A stretch of DNA of 64,000 nucleotides, taken from positions 4,787-68,786 of the forward strand of contig CAMJJD010000002.1 of assembly GCA_946406015.1 (NCBI GenBank). The letters are read 5' to 3'. A model generated the notes under the pieces. It worked only from the letters and a program-made list of their open reading frames with translations, was not told the origin of the DNA and made no database searches. Of this stretch, positions 45,133 to 54,486 are shown one piece after another (the first letter of the stretch is position 1; the number at the start of each line of letters is the position of its first letter). The translations under genes and the position numbers were made by a program. Source of the DNA: an uncultured Bacteroidales bacterium (GTDB lineage Bacteria; Bacteroidota; Bacteroidia; Bacteroidales; P3).

Positions 45133-46112
45133 TATCGGTTGCCCTTTGTACATATAATGGAGCTCTCTATATCCAAGAGCAATTGAATTCAATTTTAAGC
45201 CAGAGCCTCCCCGTAAACGAGATTGTTATCTGTGATGATGGAAGCACCGATGACACACTGCAGATTTTGAAAAAAATTCAAAAGGAACACCCCTCAATAA
45301 TAAGCTTACATATCAATGATGGGCACTTGGGGGTTGCAAAGAATTTCGAAAAAGCTCTATCTTTGTGTAACGGAGATATAGTTTTTTTGTCAGACCAAGA
45401 CGATATCTGGTATCCCAATAAGGTTAGTACATTAGTTGAAATCCTTAGCCATGCCCCCTCTACTTCGTTGGTTTTTTCTAATGCCGGACTTATCGATTCT
45501 GAAGGAAAGTATGTATCAGACTCCATCGATTTTTTTACACAGGCGTTCCCTTCTAAAAACCAAATAATGTTTGATGTCGGCTTAGCCATGGAAATGGCGT
45601 TATCTGAATGCTTTGTTCTCGGCTCCTCAATGGCCTTACGTCATTCCTTCTTAAAAAAAGTACTTCCTTTCAAAAATGAACTATCGGAGAGTTTCAATCA
45701 TGATGATATTCTATTGTTCTATGCTTCATTAACGAACAATATAAAATACACCAAGGAACGGCTTTTCAACTATCGAATACATGAAAAGCAGACGGCAGGG
45801 AGAATCAATCCATCTTCCACCCACCAAGGGAATAATGTATACGATAAAGAAATATGGCCTACTCCGATACTTGTCAATCAGATTGAGGATGACTTACTGA
45901 AAAAAAGAGTCAACTATATGAAGACGAGGAATCAGTTACTACATAACCCATGGTCTCCTTTTATTATCATTAGAATCAATAAATTATATCGTCAATTGTA
46001 TCCTTCTACCTATAGGCAAATAATGTTATTTGATATTAGGCGCTCCTTATACCATAGTATTTATAGATTATGTAAAAGGGTAGAAAAAAAAATAAAACGC
46101 CGTTATGTTTAA
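45129..46112 (+). CDS. glycosyltransferase family 2
   Basis: ISVALCTYNGALYIQEQLNSILSQS...VICDDGSTDDT and LSDQDDIW. The start overlaps the upstream stop. Confidence 0.85.
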   Translation: MISVALCTYNGALYIQEQLNSILSQSLPVNEIVICDDGSTDDTLQILKKIQKEHPSIISLHINDGHLGVAKNFEKALSLCNGDIVFLSDQDDIWYPNKVSTLVEILSHAPSTSLVFSNAGLIDSEGKYVSDSIDFFTQAFPSKNQIMFDVGLAMEMALSECFVLGSSMALRHSFLKKVLPFKNELSESFNHDDILLFYASLTNNIKYTKERLFNYRIHEKQTAGRINPSSTHQGNNVYDKEIWPTPILVNQIEDDLLKKRVNYMKTRNQLLHNPWSPFIIIRINKLYRQLYPSTYRQIMLFDIRRSLYHSIYRLCKRVEKKIKRRYV

Positions 46113-47016
46113 GAAAATAAAACGATACCTACATTCTCCCTACTACGAAATAGGGCAAAACATTATGAATCGATGGCCTCGCATTATGTCTGACAAGTGG
46201 TACATTAAAACCCAGTGGCTACGAGAATGTGGATACAGGCTTGATCTCGAAAATCCACGTACCTTCAATGAAAAAATACAATGGCTCAAATTATATAATC
46301 GCAATCCTCTCTATACACTCTTGGTTGACAAATACCGGGTCAAAGAATGGGTGGCACAAAAGATTGGCTCCCAATACATAGTCCCGACATTGGCAACATA
46401 TAAATCTGTCCAGGAAATAACTCCAGAATCTCTGCCATTACAATTTGTACTGAAATGCAATCACGACAGCGGAGGCGTTATCGTATGTCGTGACAAAGCG
46501 TCATTTGACTTTAAAAAAGCAATGGCGATGCTTGACAGTCATCTAAAAAACAACCACTATTACTATGCACGAGAATGGGCCTATAAGCATGTAAAGCCGA
46601 TGCTCTTTGCCGAACAATATCTCGAAGACTCTGCCTCTGAAGACGCTCTGGTTGACTACAAGTGGTTCTGTTTCAACGGAGAACCAAAGATAATGTATCT
46701 ATGCAGAGAGAGAGGAAGTCATCCTGTCACTGCTTTCTTCGACATGGAATACCGACACCTCCCTTTCACAATGGCCAATCCTATCGCGACAATATTACCC
46801 GAGAAACCAGCACAATTTGAAAAGATGAAGCAGTTAGCAGCCACACTATCGCAAGGGATTCCCCATGTCAGGGTAGATTTCTATCTTGCTAAGAATCAAA
46901 TCTACTTTGGCGAGATGACATTCTATGATTCTGCCGGTTACGGGCCATTTAATCCTCCTGTCTGGAACTATACTTTGGGAGAAATGTTAGTATTGCCATC
47001 TCGCCACAAAATGTAA
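46105..47016 (+). CDS. ATP-grasp fold amidoligase (TupA-like) family protein
   Basis: 303 aa. FNEKIQWLKLYNRNPLYTLLVDKYRVKEWV and KCNHDSGG are typical of the TupA-like ATP-grasp family. Confidence 0.72.
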   Translation: MFKKIKRYLHSPYYEIGQNIMNRWPRIMSDKWYIKTQWLRECGYRLDLENPRTFNEKIQWLKLYNRNPLYTLLVDKYRVKEWVAQKIGSQYIVPTLATYKSVQEITPESLPLQFVLKCNHDSGGVIVCRDKASFDFKKAMAMLDSHLKNNHYYYAREWAYKHVKPMLFAEQYLEDSASEDALVDYKWFCFNGEPKIMYLCRERGSHPVTAFFDMEYRHLPFTMANPIATILPEKPAQFEKMKQLAATLSQGIPHVRVDFYLAKNQIYFGEMTFYDSAGYGPFNPPVWNYTLGEMLVLPSRHKM

Positions 47017-47022
47017 CGGATC

Positions 47023-47904
47023 TTGCCTGCTCTATCCCCAACATATAGCATTATCATCCCCACCCGCAATCGCGCACAGATGGTGTGTCGCTGCATTGAC
47101 AGCGTACGAAACCAGACCTACAATCAATGGGAATGTTTGGTGGTAGATGATCACTCGACAGACAATACCTACGATGTTGTACGACGTTATTCCCAGGAAG
47201 ACTCACGTATCAAATACCTGCATAACGATCGAATGCCTGGAGCTCAGGGTGCTAGAAACACCGGTATACGACAAGCTTGCGGCCAATGGGTTTTGCTGCT
47301 CGACTCCGACAATGCAATAGAGCTCAACTATCTAGCCAAGATATCACAATACGGTATTACGCATCCAAATGTTGACGTAATAACAAACTATATCCGTGTC
47401 ATACAACCTGACGGATCTGAAACCCACACACAATGGAAGACTGATGGAAACATCCTATATGACCTCCTGTGCGGAAAAATCTATGTTGACAACAGCTCCG
47501 CTTGTGTCCGCAAGACAATATTAGACAAGATTGGGCTTCTCGACGAGCGATGCCCTTCCTATCAAGAATGGGATACTCATATCCGAATTGCACAAATTGG
47601 GGAATATGGTTGTATCGAAGAATACTTGACACAATATCACGAACACACAAAAGAACGCGTGTCGCGCCGGAACGATACCGTCTGGGCACATGGATTATAT
47701 GTGCTGCGGAAACACCGAAAACTGTGGCAGAAAACAGCAGGGAAGGACATCTATACACGGATGCTACTACAAGTCTACGAAGAGAGGAAATCTCTATCAA
47801 TGCCACGCCAATTATTGGTAACATTCATCGTTGTCTGGCTAAGTCCAAAACTAGGTAAACAGTTGGTAAAAAGAAAAAACAAATGCCTCCCATTGTTTCC
47901 ATAG
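47023..47904 (+). CDS. glycosyltransferase family 2
   Basis: YSIIIPTRNRAQMVCRCIDSVRNQTYNQWECLVVDDHSTDNT and LLDSDN. Non-ATG (TTG) start in the ORF track, so the exact start is uncertain. Confidence 0.8.
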   Translation: MPALSPTYSIIIPTRNRAQMVCRCIDSVRNQTYNQWECLVVDDHSTDNTYDVVRRYSQEDSRIKYLHNDRMPGAQGARNTGIRQACGQWVLLLDSDNAIELNYLAKISQYGITHPNVDVITNYIRVIQPDGSETHTQWKTDGNILYDLLCGKIYVDNSSACVRKTILDKIGLLDERCPSYQEWDTHIRIAQIGEYGCIEEYLTQYHEHTKERVSRRNDTVWAHGLYVLRKHRKLWQKTAGKDIYTRMLLQVYEERKSLSMPRQLLVTFIVVWLSPKLGKQLVKRKNKCLPLFP

Positions 47905-48755
47905 TTCTCCCCTGCTATAACGGAGCAACTTTTCTTGCACAATCCATAGCTAGTGTCATTGCCCAGACCTTTACCGACTGGGAGCTCATCATTGTCAACG
48001 ACTGTTCCAAAGATAACTCACTGGAGATCATGCAGCAGTATGCCGAGAAAGACAGCCGCATACGCATCATCAACAACGAGCACAACATCAAACTCCCTGG
48101 AGCGTTGAACAGAGGCTTCCGAGAAGCCAAGGGCAAATACCTCACATGGACCTCTCACGACAACCGCATGGCGCCCAACATGCTGGAGGAGTTCGTATCC
48201 TATCTGGACAACAACCCCGACAAAGGGCTCGTTACCGCATGCTATGCAGCCTTCAGCCTCAAGACTGGCGAAACGCTCTACGAGGTGCACCATCCCGACC
48301 CGCAGTTACATCTTCCCCTCTTCAACTGCGTATGCTATGCTTTCATGTACCGTCGCGAGGTGCTGGAAACCGTCGGCGATTACGACACCACGCTCTTCCT
48401 CGTGGAAGACTATGACTATTGGGTGCGCATCTGGCAAAAATATCCTGTTGGTAAGATATACAAGGTGCTCTACTATACCGGCGTTGGCGACGATACGCTG
48501 ACACTCTCCCGCAAAAAAGAGATTGCAGAAAAGCTATTGGAGATGCGCCTGCGGTATTTCTCAGACTTTGACAAAGCATTGAACGGACATCCCGACTTGC
48601 AACGCCGCCTCTATAATAGCATTGCCGATAATATGCATGGTTGGCCACGACTGAGATTCACGTTCCAAAGAGGTCTTAAATACAGCACCTTTTACTGGCT
48701 CTACTATCGGCCAAAGAAAGTCCTAAAGAAGCTAATCAAGAAACCAAGGAACTAA
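47883..48755 (+). CDS. glycosyltransferase family 2
   Basis: VSIVLPCYNGATFLAQSIASVIAQTFTDWELIIVNDCSKDNS. Confidence 0.85.
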   Translation: MPPIVSIVLPCYNGATFLAQSIASVIAQTFTDWELIIVNDCSKDNSLEIMQQYAEKDSRIRIINNEHNIKLPGALNRGFREAKGKYLTWTSHDNRMAPNMLEEFVSYLDNNPDKGLVTACYAAFSLKTGETLYEVHHPDPQLHLPLFNCVCYAFMYRREVLETVGDYDTTLFLVEDYDYWVRIWQKYPVGKIYKVLYYTGVGDDTLTLSRKKEIAEKLLEMRLRYFSDFDKALNGHPDLQRRLYNSIADNMHGWPRLRFTFQRGLKYSTFYWLYYRPKKVLKKLIKKPRN

Positions 48756-48768
48756 GTACGCTTCTTTT

Positions 48769-49256
48769 CTCAATCAGATTGTAAAAGATTATAAAAGAAA
48801 ATGTCTGACGAATGTCTGACAACTTAGCATACAACATTATTGGCTGCGTACTGAAAGTTCATTCTAAGCTCGGTCCCGGATTACTGGAGTCTGTCTATCA
48901 GAAAGCCCTGATGATTGAACTGGACAATGAATGCCTTTTGGCTGAAGAGGAAGTTCCTCTGGAAGTAATGTATGACGACCAGAATCTAGGTATTGGCTTC
49001 AGGATGGACATTCTTGTCGAAGATCAGATTGTTCTTGAGCTTAAATCTGTTTCGGCGTTAGAAAAGGTTCACTATAAACAACTACAGACATACTTATCTC
49101 TTGCAAATAAACCATTCGGTTATTTGATTAACTTCAATTCGGACGATTTCAGCATCGGTAACGGCATTCACAAAATAACAAACCTCAAATACAATCGCGA
49201 AAAAGGATCTTTCTGATAGTTCTTTTAGTTCTGATTGAATTATAAATCTGATTGAG
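48769..49256. repeat. 12-bp perfect inverted repeat pair (CTCAATCAGATT / AATCTGATTGAG) bracketing the GxxExxY ORF
   Basis: ctcaatcagatt at 48769-48780 and aatctgattgag at 49245-49256. A further tcaatcaga-type word in inverse orientation lies at 49230-49238. Confidence 0.8.
48812..49216 (+). CDS. GxxExxY protein (PD-(D/E)xK-like, PDDEXK_3 family)
   Basis: 134 aa with the GPGLLESVYQKAL signature. An AATGTCTGAC 10-mer is duplicated at 48800 and 48811 around the start codon. Confidence 0.85.
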   Translation: MSDNLAYNIIGCVLKVHSKLGPGLLESVYQKALMIELDNECLLAEEEVPLEVMYDDQNLGIGFRMDILVEDQIVLELKSVSALEKVHYKQLQTYLSLANKPFGYLINFNSDDFSIGNGIHKITNLKYNREKGSF

Positions 49257-49268
49257 CCTTAAATCTGT

Positions 49269-50282
49269 ATGGCAAGAGTTACGGTGCTGATGCCGACATA
49301 TAATGTTGCCCCATGGGTCGAAGAGGCCATCCAAAGTGTGCTGAAGCAGACCTATCATGACTTCGAGTTACTGGTGGTTGACGATGCTTCGACCGACGAC
49401 ACTCTCGACCGCATCCGTGCCATAGATGACCCACGTATACGCATCGCCGCATTTCCGGACAATGTAGGTCTCGCCGAAAACCTCAACCGTGGACTCGACT
49501 TGATTGATACAGAATTGGTAGCACGCATGGATGGCGACGACATCGCAGAGTCCGACTGGCTAGAAACCGGCATACATGTGTTAGACACCATGCCCGAAGT
49601 GGGCATCTGCAGTTTCGGGTTTCAGTTCTTTGGTGAGAAAACCTCGTTAGTTCGTTTCCCAGAACATCACGAGGACTCCAAAGCCCAGATGCTTTTCGGA
49701 TGTACTGTCATCGTGCCCGTCTTCCGTCGTGCCGTCATGGCCGACAACCATCTCCGCTACAGTACCGAGTCCTTCCCTGCCGAAGACTACATGATGTGGG
49801 CCAACGCCTATCGTGTGACACAGATCTACAACGTCCAACGCACCCTCTTTCACTATCGCACCCACCCCACCCAGATTTCCACTGCCCGCCGCGAGGCACA
49901 GATTGCGAAATCCAACGAGGTCCGGCTAAAGATGCTCCATTGGCTCAATCCCGACTTTACAGACGAAGAAAAACGGTACTTCCTTGATGTCTTCGTACCA
50001 TGCAAAATTGAATCCAAAGAATGCATTACCAAGCTCAAACGTTTTGCGCAACTTCTCATCAGCCGCAATATCTACGACAACTATTCCAATGAAGCGCTGC
50101 AACATAAGTTCAAATTCCATATCGCCTACGGAGTATTGGAATATGTAGAACACTCATACTTCCCTCATGGCTACAAACCTCTCGCCTTCATCCGACTCAT
50201 AATTAGCGGCCTCTACACCACCCTTCCTACAAGAAACCGCCATAAGATCCTTATCAAATGTCTGCTTTTTAAAGCAAAATAG
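49269..50282 (+). CDS. glycosyltransferase family 2
   Basis: VTVLMPTYNVAPWVEEAIQSVLKQTYHDFELLVVDDASTDDT and RMDGDD. Confidence 0.85.
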   Translation: MARVTVLMPTYNVAPWVEEAIQSVLKQTYHDFELLVVDDASTDDTLDRIRAIDDPRIRIAAFPDNVGLAENLNRGLDLIDTELVARMDGDDIAESDWLETGIHVLDTMPEVGICSFGFQFFGEKTSLVRFPEHHEDSKAQMLFGCTVIVPVFRRAVMADNHLRYSTESFPAEDYMMWANAYRVTQIYNVQRTLFHYRTHPTQISTARREAQIAKSNEVRLKMLHWLNPDFTDEEKRYFLDVFVPCKIESKECITKLKRFAQLLISRNIYDNYSNEALQHKFKFHIAYGVLEYVEHSYFPHGYKPLAFIRLIISGLYTTLPTRNRHKILIKCLLFKAK

Positions 50283-50287
50283 ATTAT

Positions 50288-50349
50288 CTCAACCAGAACC
50301 ATCAGAACTATCAGAATATTTTCTTTTTGTTCTTTTAGTTTTGATTGAG
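50288..50349. repeat. imperfect palindrome built from ATCAGAAC/GTTCTTTTAG words (no cargo ORF)
   Basis: ctcaaccagaaccatcagaactatcagaa ... ttctttttgttcttttagttttgattgag. About 20/29 arm positions are complementary. The right arm contains gttcttttagttttgattgag, a near copy of 49219-49238. Confidence 0.65.
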
Positions 50350-50360
50350 AAAAAATAGTT

Positions 50361-51137
50361 ATGATTGGATATCTCCACCGTAAACTCCACAACATCACGC
50401 ATCCTGTATTGGGGCGCATACTGATGTTGCATCGTGTGGTGGAGCAGCGTGGCGAGGACAACAACCGTGAGCTTGAGATTACTCCAGAATTCCTGAAACA
50501 AACCATTGAAGCCTACCGCCAACAAGGCCACCGCTTTGTTTCCATCGACGAGGCCTGTGACATTATCTCCAAAGGTCACACCAACCTCCCCTTCGTTTGC
50601 CTTACTTTCGATGACGGTTACCAGGACAACTATGATATCGCTTACCCCATTCTGAAACAGCAGGAAGTACCCTTCGCCATCTATGTCACCACAGGATTCA
50701 TTGACAATCGTCTCCCCATGTGGTGGTACCGCTGCGAAAGCCGAGAGCAGTGCCAAACTTGTTTGAGCAATGCCGAGGTGCAGCAGCGTGAGCGTAGCTA
50801 TCCAACTGAGAAATTGGGAATCGGCACAGATTCCCTGAAAACCCTGGATGCCGATCCACTCTGCACCATCGGCGCACACACCGTCAGTCATCTAAAACTC
50901 GACACCCTCTCCCCCGAGGAACAAAAAAAAGAGATAACACAATCCTGTCAGGAACTTGAGACCATCCTTGGTCATCCCATCCTTCACTTCTCATATCCCC
51001 ATGGCGCCTACAACACTGACACACTATCTATCATCAACAAACATACATTCCACAGCGCTCTCCTTGCATGGGGAGGCAACATTCGTCGTGGTGCAAACCC
51101 ATTGATGCTACCACGAATTGAACTTCGACAACCATGA
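50361..51137 (+). CDS. polysaccharide deacetylase (NodB homology) family protein
   Basis: LTFDDGYQDNYDIAYPILKQQEVPFAIYV and the later H-containing motifs (IGAHTVSH). Confidence 0.8.
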   Translation: MIGYLHRKLHNITHPVLGRILMLHRVVEQRGEDNNRELEITPEFLKQTIEAYRQQGHRFVSIDEACDIISKGHTNLPFVCLTFDDGYQDNYDIAYPILKQQEVPFAIYVTTGFIDNRLPMWWYRCESREQCQTCLSNAEVQQRERSYPTEKLGIGTDSLKTLDADPLCTIGAHTVSHLKLDTLSPEEQKKEITQSCQELETILGHPILHFSYPHGAYNTDTLSIINKHTFHSALLAWGGNIRRGANPLMLPRIELRQP

Positions 51138-51163
51138 GATACAATTAATTCATTCCATATCAA

Positions 51164-52036
51164 ATGAGTCTGAACTACGCCTACATCACAATTTCAACCA
51201 GCAAGAGCTACCTGCCAGGAATCATGGCCATGTATCTGAGTCTGAAGAAAACAGGCACCACTATCCCACTCTATGCCATGTTGCCTACCAAACTTGTTAG
51301 AAAAGAAACGGAATTGTGTGATCGAATGAAAGCAACTGGAATAAATATTCTCGAATATAGCGACTCTATTCCCATTCCCCAACAACTCGTCGAAAGCAAT
51401 GAGAATCACGGCGACAGCCGTTTTAGCCACACCTTCGACAAACTGCTGGTCTTCGAACAAACACAATTCGACAAAATAGTCTATCTCGATGCCGACATCT
51501 ATATCCTCCACAACCTTGACCATCTATTCGAGCTACCTCACATGAGTGCCATGATTGCCGGCAAGAGCTATCCCGGAAACGAGGACTGGACAGACCTCAC
51601 TTCGGGCATCATGACCATCGTTCCGAAGAAAGGCCTTTTCAAACAGTTTGAAAAAATGATTCCCGAAGTCATCAAAGCTAAAGGAATTTGTGGCGACCAA
51701 GACATTCTTCAAGCCTACTACACCGACTGGCCTCAACGCCCTGAACTAGACATGGGTGAGAAATACGGTGTCATCGCATACTACGCAAAATACTATGAAC
51801 AACACCTCGGCTATAAATACACCAACCAAGTGGATGACCCCTACTCGGTGTCTGTGATTCATTATGCCGGTGAAAAGAAACCCTGGATGCAGCATTGGTC
51901 ACCCCTTTCGGTGCTCAAACAAGAATTGCAACTGACAGCACTCCGTCTCATCAGTAAACGCAACACCGATGCCGTGTTGTTGGAATACAAACATCTGGTA
52001 CGCAAAGCCAGGAAACTGCTCTACGCCAAACCATGA
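51164..52036 (+). CDS. glycosyltransferase family 8
   Basis: YAYITISTSKSYLPGIMAMYLSL, DxD (YLDADIYIL), GDQDILQ and HYAGEKKPW motifs. Confidence 0.8.
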   Translation: MSLNYAYITISTSKSYLPGIMAMYLSLKKTGTTIPLYAMLPTKLVRKETELCDRMKATGINILEYSDSIPIPQQLVESNENHGDSRFSHTFDKLLVFEQTQFDKIVYLDADIYILHNLDHLFELPHMSAMIAGKSYPGNEDWTDLTSGIMTIVPKKGLFKQFEKMIPEVIKAKGICGDQDILQAYYTDWPQRPELDMGEKYGVIAYYAKYYEQHLGYKYTNQVDDPYSVSVIHYAGEKKPWMQHWSPLSVLKQELQLTALRLISKRNTDAVLLEYKHLVRKARKLLYAKP

Positions 52037-52956
52037 CCGTCACTATCATCATACCCGCCTACAACGCCGAAGCCTACCTGCAACGATGTCTCGACAGCAT
52101 CCTCTCGCAGGATTTCAATGGTTATGAAGTCATCGTCATCGACGACGGCAGCACCGATGGCACGGCAGCTCTGCTGGAAGGCTATCCGCAAGTGAAGGTC
52201 ATCCACCAAGAGAACCAAGGTATGGCCACGGCCCGCAACCGCGGGCTCGAGGTGGCACAAGGTGACTATATTCTTTTCGTCGACAGCGATGACAAATTAA
52301 TGCCGCATGCACTCTCCAATTTGGCACCGCAAATAAATGGTGAGGACATCATTGGTTTCGGTTCCAGTATCTACAACGAAGAAACCCAAACAATCACTCA
52401 CTATCCACTACACACTACTCACTACACACTACATACAGGCTGGGACTACTTCAACTGCCATCGGTTAGAGGCCACCCCTGTACACTTCGTATGTGTCTGG
52501 CAACGTGCCTATAGACGGGCTTTTCTTGAGGAGTGTGGTTTGCGCTTCGTTAACGGTCTGCGCCGTGCCGAGGACGACCTCTTCACCACCATGGTCATGC
52601 TCCACGCCAAAAGTGTGAAGACAATAGCTAACAGTCTGTACATATACCATGTGCGTAAAGGCAGCATCACCCGCACAAGCAACTCGAAACTTGATGCCGA
52701 CAGCTGGCTTGTGCAACAAATCCTAGCCGACACATTCATACCCATGCAGGGGATTGACAAGACCGCCATCTATCAAGTATTAGCCTCTAACTATATCAAC
52801 CATATCTCTGTGAAAGGCAACACCCTCACTCCCACCGAGTGGAAACAATTCCATCAGGTTTGTATCACTTCACGTCATCGACGTCTCTACTACATAGCCC
52901 ATATCAACCCTTCTCTCCTGCACCTCTATAACCGCCTATGCTCTTCACTTCGATAG
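52033..52956 (+). CDS. glycosyltransferase family 2
   Basis: VTIIIPAYNAEAYLQRCLDSILSQDFNGYEVIVIDDGSTDGT and VDSDD. It contains a 14-bp tandem duplication at 52406-52433. Confidence 0.85.
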   Translation: MTVTIIIPAYNAEAYLQRCLDSILSQDFNGYEVIVIDDGSTDGTAALLEGYPQVKVIHQENQGMATARNRGLEVAQGDYILFVDSDDKLMPHALSNLAPQINGEDIIGFGSSIYNEETQTITHYPLHTTHYTLHTGWDYFNCHRLEATPVHFVCVWQRAYRRAFLEECGLRFVNGLRRAEDDLFTTMVMLHAKSVKTIANSLYIYHVRKGSITRTSNSKLDADSWLVQQILADTFIPMQGIDKTAIYQVLASNYINHISVKGNTLTPTEWKQFHQVCITSRHRRLYYIAHINPSLLHLYNRLCSSLR

Positions 52957-54344
52957 AGTTCTTCATATTCCTGCCGATTGTTTTCGCACTCTATTGGCTA
53001 CTCAATCGTCACACCAAATGGCAGAATCTGTTAGTGGTAGTGGCATCGTATCTGTTTTATGGCTGGTGGGATTGGAGATTCTTACTGCTAATCGCCTTTA
53101 CTTCGGCATGCTCCTATGTCAGTGGATTGTTAATCGGTAACGGCCGGTGGCGCAAGACAGCCCTATGGGGCAACATTATTGTCAACCTGGACATTCTTGG
53201 TCTATTCAAATACTATAACTTCTTCGCTGCTGAGCTTGCCAATCTATTAGGCTGCAGCGGCGACAGCGTTATGTTGCATTTGATACTTCCAGTAGGCATA
53301 TCGTTCTATACCTTCCAGGCATTAAGCTATTCCATTGATGTGTACCGCGGCAAGATGGAGCCCACACGCGATGTGGTGGCTTTCTTCGCCTACGTCAGTT
53401 TCTTCCCCCAGCTGGTGGCGGGACCTATCGAGCGCGCTACCAACCTATTACCTCAATTTCAGCGGCAACGAAAGTTCGACTACAGCATGGCCGTCGACGG
53501 AGTACGGCAGATGCTGTGGGGATTCTTCAAAAAGGTAGTCGTGGCCGACAACTGCGCGGTCTTTGTGGACGATATCTGGGCCAATATCAGCGGACAGAGC
53601 AGTCTCAATCTGGCTATGGCTGCAGTTCTTTTCTCTATCCAGATTTATTGCGATTTCTCTGGCTATAGCGACATCGCTATTGGTTGCGCCAAACTCTTCG
53701 GCATTCGCCTGATGCGCAACTTCAAGGCACCCTACTTCAGCCGCGACATTGCCGAGTTCTGGCGACGCTGGCACATCTCGCTGACTACCTGGTTCCGCGA
53801 CTACGTCTATATCCCTCTTGGCGGCAGTCGTGTAAGCAAGGTCAAGGTGGTGCGCAACACGTTTGTCATCTTTCTAGTCAGTGGCCTCTGGCATGGGGCC
53901 AACTGGACCTTCCTGGCTTGGGGCGCATTCCATGCACTATTGTTCCTTCCGCTGATACTGCTGGGGAAGAACCGAAAATATACCGACACCATAGCCCAAG
54001 GACGATGGCTCCCAAGCCTCAAAGAGCTAGGACAGATTTTATTGACCTTCGTTTTGACTGCTCTGGGATGGATCCTCTTTCGTAGTCAGAGCATCGGTGA
54101 GGCTATTGACTTCTATACCGGTCTTGTCTCTGGTGGATGGTCGGGCTTCAATCCTCCGATGCGGACCCTGGTTTTTGTCGCTTTGTTGCTGGCTGTGGAA
54201 TGGCTGCAACGAGAACGGGAACATGGACTTGACATGAGCGGAATACGCTACAGAGCGGTGCGTTACACCTGCTACCTAGCGGTGCTGGCTGTGATATTCG
54301 TGTACGGCGTCTTCAACGAAACATTCATCTACTTCCAGTTTTGA
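52938..54344 (+). CDS. MBOAT family O-acyltransferase (AlgI/DltB-like)
   Basis: 468 aa, polytopic, with MLFTSIEFFIFLP..., FWRRWHISLTTWFRDYVYIPLGG and the conserved His in GLWHGA. Confidence 0.9.
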   Translation: MLFTSIEFFIFLPIVFALYWLLNRHTKWQNLLVVVASYLFYGWWDWRFLLLIAFTSACSYVSGLLIGNGRWRKTALWGNIIVNLDILGLFKYYNFFAAELANLLGCSGDSVMLHLILPVGISFYTFQALSYSIDVYRGKMEPTRDVVAFFAYVSFFPQLVAGPIERATNLLPQFQRQRKFDYSMAVDGVRQMLWGFFKKVVVADNCAVFVDDIWANISGQSSLNLAMAAVLFSIQIYCDFSGYSDIAIGCAKLFGIRLMRNFKAPYFSRDIAEFWRRWHISLTTWFRDYVYIPLGGSRVSKVKVVRNTFVIFLVSGLWHGANWTFLAWGAFHALLFLPLILLGKNRKYTDTIAQGRWLPSLKELGQILLTFVLTALGWILFRSQSIGEAIDFYTGLVSGGWSGFNPPMRTLVFVALLLAVEWLQREREHGLDMSGIRYRAVRYTCYLAVLAVIFVYGVFNETFIYFQF

Positions 54345-54346
54345 AC

Positions 54347-54427
54347 TCAATCAGAACAACTCTTTCATATTCTCAATCAGAACTAAAAGAACTATTAGAA
54401 TTTTTATTTCCATCAGATTGTAAAAGA
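54347..54427. repeat. intergenic word-repeat block containing dispersed 12-, 21- and 16-mers shared with other gene boundaries
   Basis: ctcaatcagaac at 54347. ctcaatcagaactaaaagaac at 54372-54392 is the reverse complement of 49219-49238 plus one base. atcagattgtaaaaga at 54412-54427 is also found at 48773, 61796 and 62117. Confidence 0.8.
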
Positions 54428-54486
54428 TTAAAAAAGAAGACTACAAGGATAACCAATAAAATGGCTATTAACGTTAAACATCTTCC

